Positions 1 through 8,894 of a stretch of 63,885 nt of DNA are shown here, piece by piece. Both the position numbers and the translations under genes were made by a program. The stretch lies in assembly GCA_001784155.1 (NCBI GenBank), contig MFPL01000008.1:1-63885 (forward strand), given 5' to 3'. This DNA comes from Candidatus Levybacteria bacterium RIFCSPLOWO2_12_FULL_41_12 (GTDB taxonomy: Bacteria > Patescibacteriota > Microgenomatia > Levybacterales > UBA12049). The notes under the pieces were generated by a model. The model was not told the DNA's origin. It was given only the letters and a program-made list of their open reading frames with translations, and did no database searches. Position 1 is the first letter of the stretch, and each line of letters starts with the position of its first letter.

Positions 1-19
1 TATACTCACAAAAGCAATC

Positions 20-1372
20 ATGAAAAACTTTAAAAGAGTCGATCCGGAGGTTTATGAACTTGTAAAAAAAGAAGAGAAGAGACAAGAAGATGTCTTGGAG
101 ATGATTGCCTCCGAGAACTACACATCAAAAGCCGTAATTGAGGCATTAGGAACAGTTCTTACTAACAAATATTCGGAAGGATATGCGAAAAAAAGGTATT
201 ATCAGGGAAATAGAGTAGTAGATGATGTCGAGCTAATCGCTGTTGATCGAGCAAAAAAATTATTCGATGTTCCTCACGCCAATGTCCAGCCCTATTCAGG
301 ATCTCCCGCAAATTCCGCCGTAGAATTTGCAATTCTAGAACCACTTAAGGACAAAATAATGGGACTCTCTTTAGCCTTTGGAGGGCACTTAACGCATGGT
401 TCTCCAGTCTCTTTTTCCGGGAAATACTTCAAGGTTGTTCCGTACTTTCTAAATAATAAAGGAGTTTTGGATTACGATGAAATAGAAAAAGTAGCCTTAA
501 AAGAGAAGCCAAAGCTTATAATATGCGGATATACTGCGTACTCGAGGACTATAGATTTTAAGAAATTTGGGGCGATTGCAGACAAAGTCGGGGCGTATCT
601 GTTGGCAGATATTTCACATATTGCAGGTTTGGTCGTCGGAGGCGCACATCCTTCTCCTGCGAATGACGTTCACGTTATCATGACGACGACGCACAAGACA
701 TTAAGGGGCCCAAGAGGGGCTATTATAATGGTTACGGAAAAAGGACTAAAAAAAGACCCGGAGTTGGGAGATAAAATTGATAAAGCGGTATTCCCGGGGT
801 TGCAGGGAGGGCCTCATGATAATCAAACAGCAGCCATTGCTGTCGCTCTTCTCGAAGCATCCCACCCATCGTTTAAAAAATACGCCTCGCAAATCGTAGC
901 CAATGCAAAAACCCTTGCTGAAGAACTTAAGAAAAGAGGTTTTGAAATCGTAAGCGGAGGGACAGACAATCATCTTATTGTTTTAGATTTACAAAATAAA
1001 AAAGTAAATGGCGCTGTGGCTGCACTGGCCTTGGAGGTAGCAGGGATTGTTCTTAACAAGAACACTGTGCCAAATGATAAAATGCCGCCTTTTTATCCTT
1101 CAGGGTTAAGGCTGGGAACGCCTGCAATTACAACACGCGGAATGAAGGAGAAAGAAATGAAAATGGTCGCAGGCTGGATTGAAAGAGCGGTTGCGGAAGT
1201 TTCGGGTTTGAAATTCCCGCAGGATAATAATGGATTCGACAAGCTCACCATAAAGGAGCAAAGAAAAGTAGCTTGGTCTAAGCTTAAAAAAGATCTCTGG
1301 AGCAATAAAAATCTCCTAAAAACCGCATCGGAAGTGCGTTCCCTCTGTCAGAAGTTTCCTGTAACATTTTGA
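20..1372 (+). CDS. glyA: serine hydroxymethyltransferase
   Basis: 450-aa ORF; SHMT hallmarks SENYTS near N-terminus and PLP-lysine motif TTTHKTLRGPRG. Confidence 0.96.
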   Translation: MKNFKRVDPEVYELVKKEEKRQEDVLEMIASENYTSKAVIEALGTVLTNKYSEGYAKKRYYQGNRVVDDVELIAVDRAKKLFDVPHANVQPYSGSPANSAVEFAILEPLKDKIMGLSLAFGGHLTHGSPVSFSGKYFKVVPYFLNNKGVLDYDEIEKVALKEKPKLIICGYTAYSRTIDFKKFGAIADKVGAYLLADISHIAGLVVGGAHPSPANDVHVIMTTTHKTLRGPRGAIIMVTEKGLKKDPELGDKIDKAVFPGLQGGPHDNQTAAIAVALLEASHPSFKKYASQIVANAKTLAEELKKRGFEIVSGGTDNHLIVLDLQNKKVNGAVAALALEVAGIVLNKNTVPNDKMPPFYPSGLRLGTPAITTRGMKEKEMKMVAGWIERAVAEVSGLKFPQDNNGFDKLTIKEQRKVAWSKLKKDLWSNKNLLKTASEVRSLCQKFPVTF

Positions 1373-1376
1373 GAAT

Positions 1377-2981
1377 ATGCTGAGAGAGTTTGGAATTAGA
1401 ATTGGTGTCTTGCCGCGCGGACCAGATAAAGCGCTTGCTAAGCCCGAGCCACTTGTGGAAGCTGAGCCTGTCCTTCCGCCCTCGGAAAATAGATTCTCAT
1501 CCTTCGTCGCTTCAAATTCACAAAGATTCACATCTTATAACGATTTGGCCGACAAATACAGAGAAACAGAGGCTGAGTGGAGATCAAAATTTGCTCCGAT
1601 GCTGGAGGAGGGCGTGCGACTTCAGGAATCTGTCCCTTACGTAACGGATAAAGCTTTATCTCGTTTTAAAAGAGACATTCACCGCTCGGTGTTTGGCACG
1701 GGAGCCTCTCCAATTAGGTTTGCCCGAAGTGAAGTTGACTTAGGTAACGGGTTACATATTAGTAATCCCAAAATTGAAGCAAACGCAAATGAGTGGCGCA
1801 AGGACGTCGGGAGATTTGCACAAGAATATCATCAAGCTACAGCACCCATATCCTCTGATATGAATAGGGTAAAAGTAGAAGTCTCCCAGGAGATTGAGGA
1901 ACATTTGATCTCAGACTATCGGGCAATTGTAGATATGGTAGAGTTTCTATCTGCCCCCCAGTATTGGGCTGAGAGAGACCAAATTGCAGCCGTTTTTCGA
2001 GAGATCGTTAAAGCTGAGAGCTCAAGATCCACGAGAGAGTCCCCCTTACTTACTCGTGTCAAACTGGAATGGCAGGCTAGAGCAAGGAAAGGTGTTGATG
2101 TTTCGATACTTGAAAGATTCCTGATTGATCTGCCTGCATCAAAAATAGCTACTAACATTACTGCCTGGATGAAATACGGTGCTATAGGAGCACAGCTTTT
2201 GAGAGATGAGGCGCAGGGAAGTAAAGTGGAGGAGCCAAATCTAAGCGAGATAGAAGGGATGGCAAGATTAATTCCGTTTGGATACTGGCCATCGGAGTTG
2301 AAAAATGCTTACGCTAATTTCGTAGCTAAAGATGCAGGTTCTCTTGTCGATAGAATTAGGACTCTTATGCAAAGGCATTTTCCGACGATCACTCCTGGAG
2401 ACACGAATGGACGTTTGCCCACACCTGAAGATTACTCAGATAATGATAGAAAGAAAAGAAGCGGCCACTCTCGCGGTGGTGCCGCTGTTCCGCCGGAATC
2501 CACACCAAGCGGGGATCACCCCGAAGCTGTAGAAAGGGCAGGACGTTTTAAACTAGGAATAGTTAAGAAATTCATAGCGCCTCTGCATGCTAAAGACAGA
2601 AGAAGATGGAGACCGATAGACCCTTTGCAGGTAGAGTTAGTTAAGGAAGATGAAGCCAGTATGGCTCAGGCTATCGAAAGACTTTCGGGAAATGCTACGT
2701 CCCCTCAGATGAAAAGAGATTTTGCAGAGCTGATACAGCTTTTACTTGACAATCCCTATAGGCGAGGAACCAAAAAGATGGAAGATAGAGAATTTGAGAA
2801 AGGCATGCCATGGAGAAGTCTTAATCCCGATGATGTGGAAGGAATCAAATTTGAAGACCATGAAACCAGAAGATACCGAGTTATCTTTATCATTGCCCAT
2901 GAATATGTAGGTATTAAAGCAATAGTTCATCACAATGTATATGATAGGTTGACAAAAGGCAGGGCCAGAAAAAATCTATAG
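1377..2981 (+). CDS. large orphan protein with RelE/ParE-like C-terminal ~90 aa
   Basis: 534-aa uninterrupted ORF starting 4 nt after glyA stop; C-terminus LLDNPYRRGTKKM...RRYRVIFIIAHEYVGIKAIVHHNVYD fits the nP..G.kkl...yRiiY.i....v.i..i.H..Y pattern of RelE/ParE toxins; N-terminal ~440 aa unrecognised. Confidence 0.6.
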   Translation: MLREFGIRIGVLPRGPDKALAKPEPLVEAEPVLPPSENRFSSFVASNSQRFTSYNDLADKYRETEAEWRSKFAPMLEEGVRLQESVPYVTDKALSRFKRDIHRSVFGTGASPIRFARSEVDLGNGLHISNPKIEANANEWRKDVGRFAQEYHQATAPISSDMNRVKVEVSQEIEEHLISDYRAIVDMVEFLSAPQYWAERDQIAAVFREIVKAESSRSTRESPLLTRVKLEWQARARKGVDVSILERFLIDLPASKIATNITAWMKYGAIGAQLLRDEAQGSKVEEPNLSEIEGMARLIPFGYWPSELKNAYANFVAKDAGSLVDRIRTLMQRHFPTITPGDTNGRLPTPEDYSDNDRKKRSGHSRGGAAVPPESTPSGDHPEAVERAGRFKLGIVKKFIAPLHAKDRRRWRPIDPLQVELVKEDEASMAQAIERLSGNATSPQMKRDFAELIQLLLDNPYRRGTKKMEDREFEKGMPWRSLNPDDVEGIKFEDHETRRYRVIFIIAHEYVGIKAIVHHNVYDRLTKGRARKNL

Positions 2982-2982
2982 A

Positions 2983-3011
2983 TTGAATACCTAATCTGGT
3001 TCTGCTATAAT
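2983..3011 (+). promoter_or_regulatory. sigma70-type promoter of rpsB operon (TTGAAT-N17-TGcTATAAT)
   Basis: TTGAAT 2983-2988, 17-nt spacer, TATAAT 3006-3011 with TG at 3003-3004; leaves ~100-nt leader before rpsB ATG. Confidence 0.6.
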
Positions 3012-3117
3012 TCCTCAATCACTCACATTCGAGATTGTCTCTGTTCTAAATAGAATAAATTCGAATGGCGGTTAACCCTCCTACGCCAAAGGCTACGGAA
3101 GGGCGAAGGGACAAATT

Positions 3118-3984
3118 ATGAAACAAGTAACACTTGAAGAACTTTTAGAGGCAGGTTGCCATTTCGGCCACCAGGTAACACGCTCAAACCCCCGAGCACG
3201 GGATTTCATTTTTGAAGCCAGAGAAGGAATCCACATAATTGATCTTGCCAAGACAAAAGAAGGGCTTGATCAGGCCGGAGAATTTGTAAAAGCTGTCGCG
3301 CAGAAAGAAGACAGCGTAATGGTAGTAGTAGGTACAAAAAGACAAGCACACGGAATAATTGAAGAAGAAGCTAAGAAAGCTAAGGGTGAGATAGGAGATC
3401 CTCTGAAAGACGGAATTTTTTACGTCACAAATCGCTGGATCGGCGGACTCTTTACAAATTTCTCTGAAGTTTCAAAAAACTTCAAAAAACTAATCGATCT
3501 TACAGAAAAATTAAAAAACCCGGAAGAAAGAGCCAAATATACAAAAAAGGAAGTTGGCCTTTGGGATAAAGAGCGCCAAAAACTTGAAAGTTTATATGGG
3601 GGAGTCTATCAGCTTAAAAAAGAGCCCGAGCTTCTTTTTGTTGTCGATTCACACCTTGAGGACCTGGCCGTAAGAGAGGCACAAAAAGTCAGCGTCCCAA
3701 CCGTAGCAATGGTGGACACAAACGCAGATCCTCATATCGTAGATTATCCGATTCCGGCAAATGATGACGCAGTGGGAAGCATTCAGTATATCGTAGAGTA
3801 TATAATGGAGGCATGGGTAGAGGGCAAGAAATCCGCAAAAAAGGTTCAAAGTGATAAAGTAAAAGAAGAAGAGAAGGCTTTGGAAAAAGAAAAAAAGCCA
3901 AAGACTATAGTAAAAACAAAAACGCCAAAAAAGGGTAAAAAAGATGTCAAAAGTAAACCTAGAAAAACTAAAAAAACTTCGTAA
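3118..3984 (+). CDS. rpsB: 30S ribosomal protein S2 with Lys-rich C-terminal tail
   Basis: N-terminus LLEAGCHFGHQVTRSNPR and DTNADP motif typical of S2; 288 aa. Confidence 0.95.
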   Translation: MKQVTLEELLEAGCHFGHQVTRSNPRARDFIFEAREGIHIIDLAKTKEGLDQAGEFVKAVAQKEDSVMVVVGTKRQAHGIIEEEAKKAKGEIGDPLKDGIFYVTNRWIGGLFTNFSEVSKNFKKLIDLTEKLKNPEERAKYTKKEVGLWDKERQKLESLYGGVYQLKKEPELLFVVDSHLEDLAVREAQKVSVPTVAMVDTNADPHIVDYPIPANDDAVGSIQYIVEYIMEAWVEGKKSAKKVQSDKVKEEEKALEKEKKPKTIVKTKTPKKGKKDVKSKPRKTKKTS

Positions 3985-4399
3985 CGATACGCAGGCTTCT
4001 GTAGCTGACGTGAGACACGCCCTTGAAGAGTCAGAAGGCGATTATGATAAGGCTCTCTCATGGCTTAAAAAAAGAGGAGCGCAGATCGCTGAGAAAAAAG
4101 CACAGCGCGAAGTAGGACAGGGACTTATAGAATCCTACATCCATCAAAATGGAAAGGTGGGAGCTCTTGTGGTAATTCTTTGCGAAACAGATTTTGTGGC
4201 TAGAACAGACGAATTTAAAAATCTCGCTCACGAAGTAGCTATGCAAGTAGCTGCCATGAGTCCCAAAGACGTCTCTACCCTCCTTAGTCAGGAATACATA
4301 AGAGACGGATCAATAACCATTGAAGGCTTAATAAAGCAGACTATTGGCAAATTGGGAGAAAATATTGTGGTTCGCGAATTTAAAAGATTTGAGCTATAA
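3944..4399 (+). CDS. tsf: elongation factor Ts (short form, 151 aa)
   Basis: UBA-like N-terminus LKKLRNDTQASVADVRHALEESEGDYDKALSWLKKRG and core motif CETDFVARTDEF; start lies 41 nt inside rpsB tail. Confidence 0.85.
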   Translation: MSKVNLEKLKKLRNDTQASVADVRHALEESEGDYDKALSWLKKRGAQIAEKKAQREVGQGLIESYIHQNGKVGALVVILCETDFVARTDEFKNLAHEVAMQVAAMSPKDVSTLLSQEYIRDGSITIEGLIKQTIGKLGENIVVREFKRFEL

Positions 4400-4410
4400 T
4401 CTGATCTAAG

Positions 4411-4962
4411 ATGGATCCCAATACACTAAGTGCAAGCAGGCAGAAAATGGACAAGGCTCTCGAAGTTCTCCGATCCGACCTCTCCACAATAAGAACAGGC
4501 AGGGCAGCGCCGTCTCTAGTCGAAAACGTAGTAATTTCAGCGTACGGCGGTTCGGCAAGATTAAAAGTTCTTGAGCTCGCTACGATCGCAGCGCAGGATC
4601 CCCAGACCTTAACAATCACTCCTTTTGATGGATCGGTAATTGAGGAAATAAGAAAGGGAATAATGGAAGCAAGTCTCGGGTTCAACCCTGTGGTAGACGG
4701 ACAGTTGATAAGGATTTCTATTCCGCCGCTTTCTCAGGAAAGGCGTGAAGAGCTGATTCACTTAATGCATCAAAAATTGGAGAACGGAAAAATTATGATT
4801 AGACAAACAAGGCACGAAGCAATGAGTGAAGTTAAAAAGGAAGATTTATCAGAAGATGAAACGAGTCGGCTTGAAAAAGAAATTCAGAACATGACGGATA
4901 AACACATTGAAGAAATTGATCAGCTGGGAAAGAATAAAGAAGAAGAGCTCCTCCAGATCTAA
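4411..4962 (+). CDS. frr: ribosome recycling factor
   Basis: 183 aa; LSTIRTGRAAPSLVENV and PPLSQERREEL motifs. Confidence 0.94.
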   Translation: MDPNTLSASRQKMDKALEVLRSDLSTIRTGRAAPSLVENVVISAYGGSARLKVLELATIAAQDPQTLTITPFDGSVIEEIRKGIMEASLGFNPVVDGQLIRISIPPLSQERREELIHLMHQKLENGKIMIRQTRHEAMSEVKKEDLSEDETSRLEKEIQNMTDKHIEEIDQLGKNKEEELLQI

Positions 4963-5036
4963 ATCCGCAATTTCTAAGTACTAATTTGAGTTAATTAGAT
5001 CAATTAGAAATTTTCTGATATACTTTTAGTTCGAAT

Positions 5037-6203
5037 ATGCTGATTACAATACTAGCTTTCTTTCTGATACTTTCCATTTTGGTCCTGGTCCATGAGCTGG
5101 GACATTTTTTTGTTGCAAAAATGTTTAATATAAAAGTTGAGGAATTTGGATTTGGATTTCCGCCAAGGGTTTGGTCTAAGAAAATAGGTGAGACGCTTTA
5201 CTCGTTTAATCTTCTGCCAATCGGCGGATTTGTAAAGCTTTACGGAGAGGATGAGGCCGGAGGAGGCAAGCTTAGCTTGCCAGTAGAAAGTAGTAAGTAT
5301 AAAGTATCAAGCAAAAAAGAAATACTTAATACGAAATACTTAATACAAAATACTGATTTGGATCGAGCATTTTTTGCAAAGCCCATATGGCAAAGGATAC
5401 TTGTAGTTGTCGCAGGAGTATTTATGAACTTTTTGCTCGCAGTTACTTTAATTTCTTTTCTTTTCGCAAGCTATGGAGCGCCGGTTCCCGGAGGAGACGT
5501 AGTGATAAGTGAGGTTTCAAAAAACTCACCTGCAGAAAAAGCAGGACTAAGCAGGGGAGATGCGGTTCTTGAGATTGACGGAGTAAAAATAGTGTCGAGT
5601 AAGGATCTTATATCAATTACCAAAGAAAAGCTCGGTGAGCCGATAACGCTTAAAATAAAAGATCAAAATTCAAATCTCAAATCTGTAACAATTACCCCAA
5701 GAAAAAAGTATCCTCCCGATCAGGGGCCTATGGGAGTAGCCATTGGACAGAAAATGGTAATAAAAAAATATCCCTGGCATGAGGCGCCTATTGTGGGAAC
5801 AAAAGAGGCAATTAAAACTTCAGTCTTAATTCTGTCTGGGCTTGGAGCGGTGGTAAGCCAGATCGCGACGACCGGATCTGTTCCCCAGGGAGTAGCAGGT
5901 CCAATAGGTATAGCGCAATTGACAGGGGAATTCGTTGACAGCGGGTTTTATGCTTTGCTTTCATTCCTGGCGCTTCTTTCTTTGAATCTCGCAATTCTTA
6001 ACGTCCTGCCAATCCCTGCGCTCGACGGAGGAAGGCTATTTTTTATTCTGATCGAAGCAGTAACCAGGCGCCGTGTGCATCCCAGATTTGAGGCTTATTC
6101 CCATGCCATAGGAATAGCAGTGCTTCTTGCCTTAATAGCGCTTATTACCCTTCATGATTTGGGAAGAATAATCTCAGGTCAGCCAATAATTCCCATAGAA
6201 TAA
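5037..6203 (+). CDS. rseP: site-2 (M50) zinc metalloprotease RseP/RasP family
   Basis: HELGHF zinc motif in TM1, PDZ-like segment SPAEKAGLSRGD, C-terminal NVLPIPALDGG motif; contains low-complexity insert at 5283-5355. Confidence 0.85.
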   Translation: MLITILAFFLILSILVLVHELGHFFVAKMFNIKVEEFGFGFPPRVWSKKIGETLYSFNLLPIGGFVKLYGEDEAGGGKLSLPVESSKYKVSSKKEILNTKYLIQNTDLDRAFFAKPIWQRILVVVAGVFMNFLLAVTLISFLFASYGAPVPGGDVVISEVSKNSPAEKAGLSRGDAVLEIDGVKIVSSKDLISITKEKLGEPITLKIKDQNSNLKSVTITPRKKYPPDQGPMGVAIGQKMVIKKYPWHEAPIVGTKEAIKTSVLILSGLGAVVSQIATTGSVPQGVAGPIGIAQLTGEFVDSGFYALLSFLALLSLNLAILNVLPIPALDGGRLFFILIEAVTRRRVHPRFEAYSHAIGIAVLLALIALITLHDLGRIISGQPIIPIE

Positions 6204-6204
6204 A

Positions 6205-6594
6205 GTGAAGAAAATCCCACAAGACGAGCTTAAGAGGAAATTAACACCCGAAGCCTTTCATATTACACAGGAAAAGGGGACTGAGGCACCCTTTACAGGA
6301 GAGTACGTCTATACAAAAGACGACGGAATGTATAGATGTATTGTCTGCGGGAATCCTCTGTTTGATTCTTCCACCAAGTTTGAATCAGGGTCCGGGTGGC
6401 CAAGCTTTTATGACATCGCAACAAAAGGAAACGTAATCTTAGAAGAGGATAAAAGTCTAGGAATGAATAGGACTGAGGCTACTTGTGCTAATTGTGGAGC
6501 ACATTTAGGGCATGTTTTTAACGACGGACCGAAGGAAAAAACAGGGCTTCGCTATTGCATTAACTCCTGCGCGCTGGATTTTCAAAAAGGATAA
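6205..6594 (+). CDS. msrB: peptide-methionine (R)-S-oxide reductase
   Basis: 129 aa, GTG start; CxxC pairs (CIVCGNPLF, CANCGAHLGHVF) and catalytic RYCINS. Confidence 0.94.
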   Translation: MKKIPQDELKRKLTPEAFHITQEKGTEAPFTGEYVYTKDDGMYRCIVCGNPLFDSSTKFESGSGWPSFYDIATKGNVILEEDKSLGMNRTEATCANCGAHLGHVFNDGPKEKTGLRYCINSCALDFQKG

Positions 6595-6629
6595 ATAATA
6601 ATTCTGACTACCGATTAGAGGGTCTAAAT

Positions 6630-6947
6630 TTAACAAGTGGGGTCATTAAGCCTTGACGGAATAGGATCTGTATATTGGACTAGTTTGGCCTTAGGCGGTG
6701 GTGGAGGAGAAAGTTTAAGAACTCTTTTCCAAAATTCTCCGTGCTTTTCTCCATAATCGACTTCAACAGTCACCATACCGCGAGGAGCTTTTTGGAAAGG
6801 ATCCGTTATCTCACTGTTTGGAATTCTTTTAAACGATACTCCAATCGCTTTTGCCGCTTTTCTAAAAATTTGAGCTCTTTCTTTGGGAACAGGCCCCTTC
6901 AAAAGCGGGTGGATAAGGGGGGTGGGAAGAGCTTCTTTTCCTTTCAT
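6630..6947 (-). CDS. orphan protein (105 aa)
   Basis: ORF with its own TTGCTC-N17-TATAAT promoter and ATG 9 nt downstream; no recognisable motif. Confidence 0.55.
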   Translation of the reverse strand: MKGKEALPTPLIHPLLKGPVPKERAQIFRKAAKAIGVSFKRIPNSEITDPFQKAPRGMVTVEVDYGEKHGEFWKRVLKLSPPPPPKAKLVQYTDPIPSRLNDPTC

Positions 6948-6956
6948 GAGAAAAAT

Positions 6957-6985
6957 ATTATAGAGGAATTAAAAATATTGAGCAA
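6957..6985 (-). promoter_or_regulatory. promoter TTGCTC-N17-TATAAT
   Basis: minus-strand TATAAT at 6957-6962, -35 at 6980-6985; start codon 9 nt after -10. Confidence 0.55.
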
Positions 6986-6996
6986 ATTGTCTATTT

Positions 6997-7410
6997 TTAT
7001 AGTCCGAATGCCTCTTCAGCATTTATGTAGGCTTCTTCTTTACTTATTTGGTCTTCAACTGGGTGAGCCCTGTTTGAATAGAACGCAATGCTTGGAGATG
7101 ACCACCCGTCTGTTTCTCGTCTTGCGATAAGCCTCGCCATTCTCATATCGCTACCGTTATCAAATTGAAGTTGGACAGAAACATCAACCCGTCCGTCTCT
7201 CTGGGTAATATCAAAAATTTTTCTTACACCTTTAGGAGAAAGGTCACGTCTGTCAATACGGCTCGTGATAAGGCCATTTTTATCACATGGAAGCAGAAGC
7301 GAGGGGGGAATAAATCGATCGGCAAAAACTTGCACAAATTCCTTTAATCTCTTATCTACGTACGGTGGGGTAGTTTCTGCCGCGCGTCTTTCTACGGTCG
7401 GTCCTGCCAT
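6997..7410 (-). CDS. orphan protein (137 aa)
   Basis: ORF preceded by a perfect consensus promoter; visibly more G+C-rich than neighbours; no recognisable motif. Confidence 0.6.
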   Translation of the reverse strand: MAGPTVERRAAETTPPYVDKRLKEFVQVFADRFIPPSLLLPCDKNGLITSRIDRRDLSPKGVRKIFDITQRDGRVDVSVQLQFDNGSDMRMARLIARRETDGWSSPSIAFYSNRAHPVEDQISKEEAYINAEEAFGL

Positions 7411-7420
7411 TTCTAATCCG

Positions 7421-7448
7421 ATTATACAGTTTGAGATTAGCTTGTCAA
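7421..7448 (-). promoter_or_regulatory. consensus promoter TTGACA-N16-TATAAT
   Basis: minus-strand TATAAT 7421-7426 and TTGACA 7443-7448; ATG 10 nt after -10. Confidence 0.7.
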
Positions 7449-7457
7449 GAAAGGATT

Positions 7458-8738
7458 TTATTTGAGGATTTTTTTGAGCGCTACGAGATAAGATGCTTCT
7501 TTAAGGTTGGTTTTTTTACTTTTGGCAGTATTCCAAACGCTTTCAAATGCTTTGACCATTAGCTTTTCCAGTCTTTTTAAAACAACGTCTTTTTTGTAAG
7601 TTTTATTTTGAATATTTTGCTCCCATTCGATAAAACTTGCGGCAACTCCTCCTGAGTTCGCCAAAATATCAGGAACGATTACAACGCCTTTTTCGCTTAA
7701 GTAATGGTGAGCTTTTGGGGTAACAGGGCCGTTTGCCATTTCAACAATAACTTTTGCTTTTATATTTTGCATATTGTTTTCATTAATAACATCTTCTAAA
7801 GCAGCAGGGATTAAGATATCAACGGGAAGCATTAAAAGCTCCTCGTTCGTAATTAATTGGCCTCCTCTTGTGTCGCAAACTCCGCCTGCGCAGTAGCAAC
7901 CGTTTAAACTCCCTTTTTCCATTTTGCATTCATATACGAGGGGAATATCTAGGGGTATAAAGGTCTTCTTGCTGTCTCTTTTTATGATTCCGCCTTTTGA
8001 ATCAGATACCGCAACAACTTTAAATCCGGCTTTGGAGGCTAAGTCTGCAAAATAATAACCCACATTGCCAAAGCCCATAACAGCGAGTGTTGTATTTTTG
8101 GGATCCAAATTTAATTTTTTTGCCAATTCTTTTAAGACAACTACTCCGCCAAAGCCAGTTGCTTCTGTTCTTCCGCTCAATCCGTTTTTGCCCTTTCCGG
8201 TAAAGGTCGCATAAAGCTCGTTAAGAGACTTTTTAATACCGTCTTTTCTGGCGAGTTTTATATATTCATCAATCATCCAGTCAATAATCTTGGGATTTGT
8301 ATTAACATCAGGAGCAGGGACATCTTTCTGGGGCCCCAAAATATCATAAACGCGTCTTACATATTCTCTGGAAATTTCTTCCAGCTGTTTTTCACTTAAT
8401 GCTTTGGGATCAAGGGAAATTCCTCCTTTTGCGCCACCAAAAGGAACGCCTACTACTGCTGTTTTTAAACTCATCCATAAGGAAAGTCCCATTACTTCGT
8501 CCTCGTTAACTTTTGGATGAAATCGCAGCCCCCCTTTGTAGGGACCCAAAATATTACTATGCTGGCTTCTGTAGCCTCTAAAAGTTACGGTTTCACTGCC
8601 GAGTTTAATTGGGATTTTCACCTCAACAATTCTATCCGGTTCCAGAAATTCTTCTAATGCATTTTGGGAAAGATTGTATTTCTTTCCAATTTCTAAAATC
8701 TCTTCTCTTGATTTTTGATAAACACTCTGCTGATCCAT
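7458..8738 (-). CDS. gdhA: NAD(P)-specific glutamate dehydrogenase
   Basis: KGGLRFHP and GVPFGGAKGG motifs, Rossmann GFGNVG; I prefer ATG at 8738 (MDQQSV...) because the TTG at 8759 overlaps a TATACT -10 box. Confidence 0.94.
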   Translation of the reverse strand: MDQQSVYQKSREEILEIGKKYNLSQNALEEFLEPDRIVEVKIPIKLGSETVTFRGYRSQHSNILGPYKGGLRFHPKVNEDEVMGLSLWMSLKTAVVGVPFGGAKGGISLDPKALSEKQLEEISREYVRRVYDILGPQKDVPAPDVNTNPKIIDWMIDEYIKLARKDGIKKSLNELYATFTGKGKNGLSGRTEATGFGGVVVLKELAKKLNLDPKNTTLAVMGFGNVGYYFADLASKAGFKVVAVSDSKGGIIKRDSKKTFIPLDIPLVYECKMEKGSLNGCYCAGGVCDTRGGQLITNEELLMLPVDILIPAALEDVINENNMQNIKAKVIVEMANGPVTPKAHHYLSEKGVVIVPDILANSGGVAASFIEWEQNIQNKTYKKDVVLKRLEKLMVKAFESVWNTAKSKKTNLKEASYLVALKKILK

Positions 8739-8844
8739 AAAACAAAATAAAGTATACAACGCCTAATTTAAAAATGCTACACTTATCTGCAAGGACTTGA
8801 AGAAAATGGATAGCATAAACTTTGATGATTTTAATCCAGCCTTT

Positions 8845-8874
8845 GCTAAACCTGCCCGTCCGGCAGGCGGGGCT
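8845..8874 (+). repeat. GC-rich hairpin mini-element (CCTGCC-N5-GGCAGG), intergenic copy
   Basis: 30-mer GCTAAACCTGCCCGTCCGGCAGGCGGGGCT identical to 34887-34916. Confidence 0.9.
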
Positions 8875-8894
8875 TCGGCGGATTTCAGACTATT

